Origin: Candidatus Udaeobacter sp.
GTDB lineage: Bacteria > Patescibacteriota > Patescibacteriia > Magasanikbacterales > GWA2-37-8
Reading direction: 5' to 3'
Assembly: GCA_035473115.1 (NCBI GenBank)
Contig: DATION010000006.1
Span: 64,521 to 128,520, forward strand
Length of the DNA stretch: 64,000 nt
This document shows, piece by piece, positions 57,977-64,000 of this stretch. Numbering within the stretch: position 1 is the stretch's first letter; each line of letters begins with the position of its first letter. Both the position numbers and the translations under genes were made by a program. The notes beneath the pieces were generated by a model. It was not told where the DNA came from. It made no database searches and was given only the letters and a program-made list of their open reading frames with translations.

Positions 57977-58471
57977 ATGGAAAAAATAGAAAAGAAAAAA
58001 ATTTTATATATAATAGGAGGGGTTATTTTGTTAGGTGTTATTATCTATGCTGTTTTTGTCAACTTAAAGAAATCTGGTAATGATCAAAATATTCCAGCAA
58101 ATAGCGAACCTGTATCTAGCGGCGAACCAACAGGTAATACTCCAGGCGGCACCGCAAGCAAGCCCGCTTCCGGAACTTCAAAACCAGCTGCTCGATCTTA
58201 TTTAGATGCTTTAAAAATTTATAGAACATCCGGCTATTATTTTCAATTTTCCGGCTGCAGCGGCAAGCCAGGTTCTTTAACTTTAAAAAAAGGAGTCGAG
58301 TTTATGTTAGATAACAGAGATGGCGTAAATCATAAAATAGTGGTTGAAGGCGGACAGACATTTAGTATTGGAGCTTACGGTTTTGCTATCGCTACAGCTC
58401 CATCGGCCATTGGTACCCACCATATAACTTGCGACGGCGGTGGATCAGCTTCTATTTTAGTGCAAAAATAA
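57977..58471 (+). CDS. Hypothetical membrane-anchored protein
   Basis: N-terminal TM helix, S/T/P/G linker and a globular C-terminal domain. Confidence 0.45.
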   Translation: MEKIEKKKILYIIGGVILLGVIIYAVFVNLKKSGNDQNIPANSEPVSSGEPTGNTPGGTASKPASGTSKPAARSYLDALKIYRTSGYYFQFSGCSGKPGSLTLKKGVEFMLDNRDGVNHKIVVEGGQTFSIGAYGFAIATAPSAIGTHHITCDGGGSASILVQK

Positions 58472-58488
58472 TTTATATAAAAATTAGC

Positions 58489-58520
58489 AAAACAGCTCTG
58501 GCTAGAGCTGTTTTGTATTT
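58489..58520. terminator. Intrinsic terminator hairpin
   Basis: AACAGCTCT-ggct-AGAGCTGTT followed by TTGTATTT. Confidence 0.45.
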
Positions 58521-58554
58521 GCCAAACGATTGTTTTTTTAGTAAAATAACTGCC

Positions 58555-58857
58555 ATGTCTATATCCATTGAAGAGGTAAAAAAGATCGCTCAACTGGCTA
58601 GAATTAAGCTAGAACCGGAAGAGGAAAAGCATTATGCCGAAACTATTTCGGTTGTTTTGGATTATATTAAAATTTTAAATGAGGTTGATACGACTGGAGT
58701 TGAGCAAACTTACCAAGTGACTGGTTTGGCAGATGTTGTTCGTCAGGATGAGCCAAGTGATTCTATTTTTAAAAAGGAATTAATGGCTCAAATGCCAGAA
58801 GTGCAAAATGATGAATTGGTTGTGCCGGAAGTGTTTGCCGAAGTAGAGGAGTCATAA
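58555..58857 (+). CDS. gatC: Asp/Glu-tRNA amidotransferase subunit C
   Basis: MSISIEEVKKIAQLARIKLEPEE is the typical GatC start. The ORF track's 58429 start ignores the terminator. M at 58555 chosen. Confidence 0.85.
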   Translation: MSISIEEVKKIAQLARIKLEPEEEKHYAETISVVLDYIKILNEVDTTGVEQTYQVTGLADVVRQDEPSDSIFKKELMAQMPEVQNDELVVPEVFAEVEES

Positions 58858-58862
58858 TTTTT

Positions 58863-60281
58863 ATGCTAAATGAACTAACAATTAAAGAAGCCGCTGAAGG
58901 TTTAAAAAATAAAAAGTTTACGTCTGTGGAATTGACACAGGCTTGTTTGGATAGAATTAAAACAAGAAATAAAGATATAAACGCTTTTATTACTGTTTGT
59001 GAAGAATCCGCTTTGGCAGAAGCAAAAGTTGCCGACGCTTTGCTTAAAAGCGGCCAGGCCGGCCCTTTGACCGGTATTCCATTTTCCGTAAAAGATGCTA
59101 TCTGCACAGCTGAAGTGCGCTCTACCGCCGCGGCAAAAATTTTAGATAATTATGTGCCGCCGTTTAATGCCACAGTAATTGAAAGAATTAGAAAACAAGG
59201 GGGTATATTGGTTGGCAAAAATAATTGCGATGCTTTTGGTCATGGCGCCAGCAACGAAAATAGCATGTATGGTCCGGTGCGTAATCCACATGATTTATCC
59301 AAAGTTGCCGGCGGGTCATCCGGAGGTTCAGCCGCGGCTGTGGCCGACAATATGTGCCTTTATTCTATTGGCGAAGATACGGGCGGTTCTATTCGCCAGC
59401 CGGCCAGTTTGTGCGGAGTGGTAGGTTTGCGTCCCAGCTATGGCCGCAATTCGCGTTATGGAATTATGCAGATGGCCGCTTCATTGGATACAGTGGGTCC
59501 GGTAACTAAAACAGTTTATGATGCTGCTTTGGTGATGGAACAGATTGCTGGTAAAGATTCTTTGGATGCCACCACAGCTGACAGCCCAGTGCCAAATTAC
59601 AGTCAAGAAATTGAAGCCAAAATTGCCGGTATGCGTATTGGCGTGCCGCGGGAATATTTTGAACTGGAAGGTTTAGACGATGAAGTAAGAAAAATAACCG
59701 AACAGCAGATCGCTAAGTTAAAAGACTTAGGCTGTAAAATTGAAGAAGTAAGTTTGCCATACACCAAATATGCTGTGGCTGTTTATTATATAACAGTTCC
59801 CAGTGAAGACAGTTCAAGCTTAGCCAGAATGGATGGTATTAGATATGGTGTCAGAGCCAAAGGCAAAGATCTTTATGATTTATATGCCAGTTCGCGCACT
59901 CAGGGATTCCCCGAAGAAGTAAAGCGTCGCATTTTGATCGGCACTTACGCTTTGTCGGCCGGATACTATGACGCTTATTATAAAAAAGCGGCTGCTGTCC
60001 GCACTTTAATAAACAAAGATTTTACAGATGTCTTTAAAAAAGTTGACGCGCTAATTACTCCTACCTCTCCGTTTACCGCTTTTGGTATTGGTGAGAAAAA
60101 AGACAATGCGCTGGCTTTGTATTTGGCCGATATCATGGTCAGTCCGGCCTCAATTGCCGGTGTGCCAGCAATTTCGGTTAATGCTGGAGTTTTAAATGGC
60201 TTACCGGTTGGTATACAAATTATCGGTCCAAGACTAAAAGAAGAAACAATAATGAGAGTTGGGCACTGGTTGGAAAAATAA
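58863..60281 (+). CDS. gatA: Asp/Glu-tRNA amidotransferase subunit A (amidase signature family)
   Basis: GGSSGGSAAAVA amidase signature and catalytic Ser-cisSer-Lys region. Confidence 0.9.
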   Translation: MLNELTIKEAAEGLKNKKFTSVELTQACLDRIKTRNKDINAFITVCEESALAEAKVADALLKSGQAGPLTGIPFSVKDAICTAEVRSTAAAKILDNYVPPFNATVIERIRKQGGILVGKNNCDAFGHGASNENSMYGPVRNPHDLSKVAGGSSGGSAAAVADNMCLYSIGEDTGGSIRQPASLCGVVGLRPSYGRNSRYGIMQMAASLDTVGPVTKTVYDAALVMEQIAGKDSLDATTADSPVPNYSQEIEAKIAGMRIGVPREYFELEGLDDEVRKITEQQIAKLKDLGCKIEEVSLPYTKYAVAVYYITVPSEDSSSLARMDGIRYGVRAKGKDLYDLYASSRTQGFPEEVKRRILIGTYALSAGYYDAYYKKAAAVRTLINKDFTDVFKKVDALITPTSPFTAFGIGEKKDNALALYLADIMVSPASIAGVPAISVNAGVLNGLPVGIQIIGPRLKEETIMRVGHWLEK

Positions 60282-60304
60282 AAATAAAATTTAAATAAAT
60301 AATT

Positions 60305-61672
60305 ATGCCTAAAAATTCAAGCTTAAAAGAAGATTCTCTGTCCAAAGCTGAAGAGGCGGAAAATTTATCAACTGCTGTTACCAGCAGCGCCGGCGCGGTG
60401 GTAAATTACCGTGATAGTTGGAGAATTTTTAGAATCATCAGTGAGTTTGTGGAAGGCTATCAATTTTTGGCTGATTTAAAAAAAGAAGTTACAATTTTGG
60501 GCTCAGCCCGTATTCCCAGAAATAATAAATATTATAAAATCGCCGAGGATTTGGGTTATTTATTGGGAAAAAATGGTTTTACCACCATCACCGGCGGTGG
60601 CCCGGGGATTATGGAAGCAGCTAATAAAGGCGCGTTTGAAGGCGGCGGGCCATCTGTAGGTCTTAATATTCAGTTGCCGTTTGAACAGCGCATCAATCCA
60701 TACGTAAATAAATCAATCGCTTTTTATTATTTTTTCAGCCGTAAAGTAATTCTAACTTCACCGGCTAATGCGTTTGTATTTTTTCCAGGCGGTTTTGGTA
60801 CCTTAGACGAATTTTTTGAAGTGGTTGATAATATGGAAATTGGCTATATGCCAAAAGTACCGATAATTCTGGTTGATAGTGAATTTTGGAATCCGATTGT
60901 CAGTTTTTTGAAAGCCAAATCATCTCGGGAAGTTCATTCTGTGAGCGAAGAAGAGATAGACAGATGGCATATTGTCGATACTGCTAAGGAAGCCTTTGAG
61001 TTTATTAAAGATACTCCGGATGCGCCCCATGTTTGCGAACCAGGTTCTCATAGTCTGTATTGTGAAGGCGGATTGGAATGGAACATTTTTCGGGTAATGG
61101 CTGAATTAGTGGACGGTTTTGAATTTTTAACCAAAACATCTCGAGGAGTTACAGTTTTGGGCACAAAGAGTTTGTTAGCCGGCACGCCTTATTACAACGC
61201 CGCTTACGAAACCGGTAAAATTTTGGCGCAAAATCAGTTTGCCACGATCACCGGCGGCGGGCCAGGGATTATGGAGGCAGCCAATAAAGGCGCGTTTGAA
61301 AAAGGCGGCGTCAGTTTGGGTATAAATATGCGCGTTGAAAAAGGGGAAAGAGTAAATAATTATATTACCAAATCAATTGGCTTCTTTTTTCCATTTGTAC
61401 GCAAATTAATTATTACTACGCCTTCGGAAGCGTTTATCTATTTCCCGGGCGGCTTTGGCACGCTGCACCAATTGTTTGAAATGCTTACTTTGCAAGAAAC
61501 AAAAAAAATTGAACCAATTACCACGTTGCTTTATGGTAAAGATTTTTGGCAGCCGCTGGCCGATATTATTCATAACTTACGCTATAAATTTAAAACTATC
61601 AGTCAGATTGATGAAGACTCTCTAAAGATTATTAATGATCCGCAAGAAATTTTGCCTTATCTAAAAAAGTAA
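60305..61672 (+). CDS. Tandem duplicated LOG-family (TIGR00730) Rossmann-fold protein
   Basis: ITGGGPGIMEAANKGAFEGGG and PGGFGTLDE occur twice, at about aa 95-175 and 315-390. Confidence 0.8.
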   Translation: MPKNSSLKEDSLSKAEEAENLSTAVTSSAGAVVNYRDSWRIFRIISEFVEGYQFLADLKKEVTILGSARIPRNNKYYKIAEDLGYLLGKNGFTTITGGGPGIMEAANKGAFEGGGPSVGLNIQLPFEQRINPYVNKSIAFYYFFSRKVILTSPANAFVFFPGGFGTLDEFFEVVDNMEIGYMPKVPIILVDSEFWNPIVSFLKAKSSREVHSVSEEEIDRWHIVDTAKEAFEFIKDTPDAPHVCEPGSHSLYCEGGLEWNIFRVMAELVDGFEFLTKTSRGVTVLGTKSLLAGTPYYNAAYETGKILAQNQFATITGGGPGIMEAANKGAFEKGGVSLGINMRVEKGERVNNYITKSIGFFFPFVRKLIITTPSEAFIYFPGGFGTLHQLFEMLTLQETKKIEPITTLLYGKDFWQPLADIIHNLRYKFKTISQIDEDSLKIINDPQEILPYLKK

Positions 61673-61675
61673 CGC

Positions 61676-62470
61676 ATGATTCCTTTTTTTCAGTTTCAAA
61701 CTATTGCTCTTGGACCAGTCACTATTTATGTTTGGGGGCTTTTGGTATCTTTGGGAGTGATTTCCGCTATAACCTTTTCTTATTTTTTGGCCAAGAAGTA
61801 TCTGCTTTCCGGAGAGGTAATTTTGGATATGGCTATTTGGGTGCTGCTCGGCGCGTTTATTATGGCGAGGATTTTTTATGTTTTATTTTACAATCCGGTA
61901 TACTTTGTAGATAATCCAATGGAAATAATTAAAATATGGAATGGAGGATCTTCGTCACTGGGCGGGTTTGTAGGCGCAGCGGCCAGTTTATGGCTGTTTG
62001 CCAAAAAAAGACATTTTAGTTTTAAGGAATTACTGCCATACTTTGATGTGGCTGCGCTGGGGTTTTGGTTGGGTTGGGGAATTGGCCGTATTGGTTGTTT
62101 TTTGATTCATGATCACCCTGGCACGCTTACACATTTTATCTTGGGTGTGAAATTTCCAGATGGTGTACGGTTTGATTTAGGTCTAATGGAATCAATTTTA
62201 GGTTTTGTTTTATTTATTATTTTTGCTTTATTGTTTAAAAAATTAGTCAAAACTCGTTTTGGGTTGGTGGCTAGCCGTTCGATAATTGGTTATGCAGCTG
62301 CTCGGTTTTTGTTGGATTTTTTGCGAGCCACGCCCGATTTTCCGGGCGGCGATGTGCGCTACTGGGCTTTAACACCAGCGCAATGGGGGATGATAGCTGT
62401 AATAATTGGGTTGACTTTGGTGTCTGTTTTGGGTAAGATGATGAAACAGAAAAACGGAGAGGTCGCATAG
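61676..62470 (+). CDS. lgt: Prolipoprotein diacylglyceryl transferase
   Basis: GLLVSLGVI N-terminus and the GWGIGRIGCFLIHDHPG Lgt signature. The 3' end overlaps tRNA-Ser by ~16 nt. Confidence 0.85.
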   Translation: MIPFFQFQTIALGPVTIYVWGLLVSLGVISAITFSYFLAKKYLLSGEVILDMAIWVLLGAFIMARIFYVLFYNPVYFVDNPMEIIKIWNGGSSSLGGFVGAAASLWLFAKKRHFSFKELLPYFDVAALGFWLGWGIGRIGCFLIHDHPGTLTHFILGVKFPDGVRFDLGLMESILGFVLFIIFALLFKKLVKTRFGLVASRSIIGYAAARFLLDFLRATPDFPGGDVRYWALTPAQWGMIAVIIGLTLVSVLGKMMKQKNGEVA

Positions 62471-62539
62471 TGGCCTAGTGCGTACGCTTGGAAAGCGTAT
62501 ATATCGAAAGGTATCGAGGGTTCGACTCCCTCCCTCTCC
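62455..62539 (+). tRNA. tRNA-Ser (anticodon GGA), long variable arm
   Basis: Acceptor GGAGAGG/CCTCTCC, anticodon stem TACGC/GCGTA, loop TTGGAAA, variable arm TATATCGAAAGGTAT, T-arm GAGGG-TTCGACT-CCCTC. Confidence 0.85.
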
Positions 62540-62690
62540 GCAGCAAAACAAAGTGAAGCGAATAAGATAGTTTACGCAACCAAACTGTTTTGGTTGCGTA
62601 TGGGAGGAGAACGCCGGAGCCATGTCCGCTCGCGCGGATGGTGAGGCGGTGGCTAACCCGAGTCCTGCTTAGCGGGACGAGAGGTGAAGC

Positions 62691-62712
62691 CGACTCCCTC
62701 CCTCTCCGCAGC
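62691..62712 (+). repeat. 22-bp exact direct repeat of the tRNA-Ser 3' end (CGACTCCCTCCCTCTCCGCAGC; first copy 62522-62543)
   Basis: Direct comparison of the two copies. They are separated by a 147-bp GC-rich segment containing the hairpin GCAACCAAA-ctgt-TTTGGTTGC. Confidence 0.6.
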
Positions 62713-62720
62713 GAAATTAA

Positions 62721-62748
62721 AAAAGAACCCATTATGGGTTCTTTTTTA
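62721..62748. terminator. Bidirectional intrinsic terminator
   Basis: GAACCCA-tta-TGGGTTC flanked by AAAAAA and TTTTTT. Confidence 0.6.
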
Positions 62749-62761
62749 ATTCGTATTCTAT

Positions 62762-64000
62762 CTAAGCATTTGGATCACCATTTACCGGCGGAACTGTTGT
62801 AGGGGCAGTACTGCCAACACTTACATAGAAGTAAGTCTCGCCGTCAGCGCTATCAAAGGTTAATGAACCGTTACTGTCTGTATTAACATTCATAGTTCGG
62901 CTTACAGCGCCTTGAGCATTGGTTACAGATACTACATAAGCTGCGCTAGGTACAAGGTCATTAACTAAGTGTTTGTGAGTTCCAGCGGAAGGCAAAGCAT
63001 ACTGTACATTACCACCAAAGGTTCGATCAAAGGCTGCAAATAATGTTGCCCACAAAGTACCATTAGCAGAAACCTCTGTACCCTGAACATTTCTATCCAC
63101 AGATTTGATTAATTTTGCTGTGGTCATTGAACCAACGCTGCTGGCCGAAGCTTGGAAGACATGTAAGAATACATCCTTTGTATTGCCAGAAGTTGTTTCT
63201 TGGTAGTTGGTAGAAACAATTCCATCTTGTCCATTTAATTGGCTAGTAACCGGAGCAGCGCTAGGAGCAAGCAGAGGCTGCATAAATAGGGTACTGGTGC
63301 CAACTGTAGTAGACCAGATGCCACCTTGATTATTAAGAGGACCGCCAAAGTTCAAGTTAAATATTTTCTTTACGCCAGCGTTAGCTGTCTGAATTTGATC
63401 AAAGACAACGATCTTGTCTGGACGTAGGAATACAACTGAGCGCAAGCCCTGAGTGACAGAATTGGAAACTCCGTCATTATTTGTATAGGCAGGAGCGATA
63501 TCGGCTTTACCATAGGTGAATAGTCCATTTTCCATTCGTTTGGTGATTTGAGAGTTTTGATCCCACCAACCAGCCTGACCAGGAGGGTAAACAGAATGGT
63601 TACCAAATCCGCGATCATCAATACCAATGGTGTTGTGCCATGGTAGCGTGTCGCTATCGCCATATGCGCCAGCGTCTCGTAGTAAGTCTTTACCAGCACG
63701 GTTAATTTCTATATGTCCGGCATCCATATGTTGATGGGCAGCTACAACGTCGTTAGAAGCGAGAGACATCCAAACCGCATTGGTACTCCAGTCAGAGCGA
63801 GAGAATATTGGGCTCTGAACTTTTCCTAGGAATGATAATGGATATGAATTGCGGTAATCAGTTACACTGCCCATTGGATTTTCACCAAGTTCTTGCAAGA
63901 GTTTGCCAGCAAATGGAGCGGTAGGATTGTTTGGCAAGTATTGGCGCAGTGCTTTCAAACCAGTATCAATTGGAGTAGCTGGAGCAGGAGACCAGTCACC
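62762..64000 (-). CDS. Heparinase II/III-like polysaccharide lyase family protein, C-terminal part (likely continues beyond the window)
   Basis: AAHQHMDAGHIEINRAGKDLL resembles the H-x-H-x-D-A-x-S-F region of heparinase II/III-like/alginate-lyase domains. That domain is normally preceded by an alpha-toroid domain not present here. The track's Met at 63958 may be internal. Confidence 0.45.
   Translation of the reverse strand, partial: GDWSPAPATPIDTGLKALRQYLPNNPTAPFAGKLLQELGENPMGSVTDYRNSYPLSFLGKVQSPIFSRSDWSTNAVWMSLASNDVVAAHQHMDAGHIEINRAGKDLLRDAGAYGDSDTLPWHNTIGIDDRGFGNHSVYPPGQAGWWDQNSQITKRMENGLFTYGKADIAPAYTNNDGVSNSVTQGLRSVVFLRPDKIVVFDQIQTANAGVKKIFNLNFGGPLNNQGGIWSTTVGTSTLFMQPLLAPSAAPVTSQLNGQDGIVSTNYQETTSGNTKDVFLHVFQASASSVGSMTTAKLIKSVDRNVQGTEVSANGTLWATLFAAFDRTFGGNVQYALPSAGTHKHLVNDLVPSAAYVVSVTNAQGAVSRTMNVNTDSNGSLTFDSADGETYFYVSVGSTAPTTVPPVNGDPNA

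Noticed and set aside
58429-58554. ORF-track start at 58429 for gatC
   Set aside because: It reads through the terminator hairpin at 58489-58520. GatC homology starts at MSISIEEV (58555).
62560-62715. Second tRNA (Ser/Sec-like) downstream of tRNA-Ser
   Set aside because: Only the last 22 nt match a tRNA. No acceptor-stem partner, D-arm or anticodon arm could be folded. Interpreted as an att-like repeat or spacer, not a tRNA gene.

Overview
AT-rich bacterial chromosomal window, almost entirely plus-strand coded. The 16S gene is divergent and unlinked from 23S, many genes lack a Shine-Dalgarno sequence, and there are giant cell-surface proteins. All of this is consistent with a small-genome CPR/Patescibacteria-like organism (inference from sequence style only).

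Content in order:
- SMC C-terminal fragment; Kup K+ transporter (minus strand).
- rpsP, a KH-domain gene and trmD, interrupted by a GC-rich foreign cupin gene and a 2H phosphoesterase.
- A complete 16S rRNA, followed not by 23S but by tRNA-Val, two coiled-coil ORFs and tRNA-Ile.
- lepB, hisS, rpsU.
- A ~16 kb cell-surface island: three very large secreted proteins (680, ~2245 and ~1494 aa) and three paralogous membrane proteins with DxDxDG calcium-binding repeats. The first two giants share a VirB2/TrbC-like helix-loop-helix module at the N-terminus.
- ybeY, dgkA, ftsA, ftsZ, nrdR, pyk, an IMPase gene, glyA (minus), NUDIX (minus), an Elp3-type radical-SAM/GNAT enzyme (minus) divergent from a class-I methyltransferase, a second GC-rich island, TerC, a zinc-ribbon/RGG protein, GIY-YIG.
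- A putative extracytosolic copper/flavin redox cluster: a secreted cupredoxin; two proteins with an RnfD/NqrB-like membrane domain, one fused to FAD-oxidoreductase plus Rieske and one to an FNR-type reductase; an FMN-binding-domain secreted protein; ApbE flavin transferase; YcnI-like and His-first secreted proteins (minus); a 23-bp perfect palindrome between them.
- ECF sigma/anti-sigma with a MacA/MacB-type efflux module, gatC, gatA, a tandem-LOG fusion, lgt, and tRNA-Ser.
- A 22-bp direct repeat of the tRNA-Ser 3' end followed by a heparinase II/III-like gene (minus) running off the window.

No CRISPR array, transposase or integrase gene was seen.
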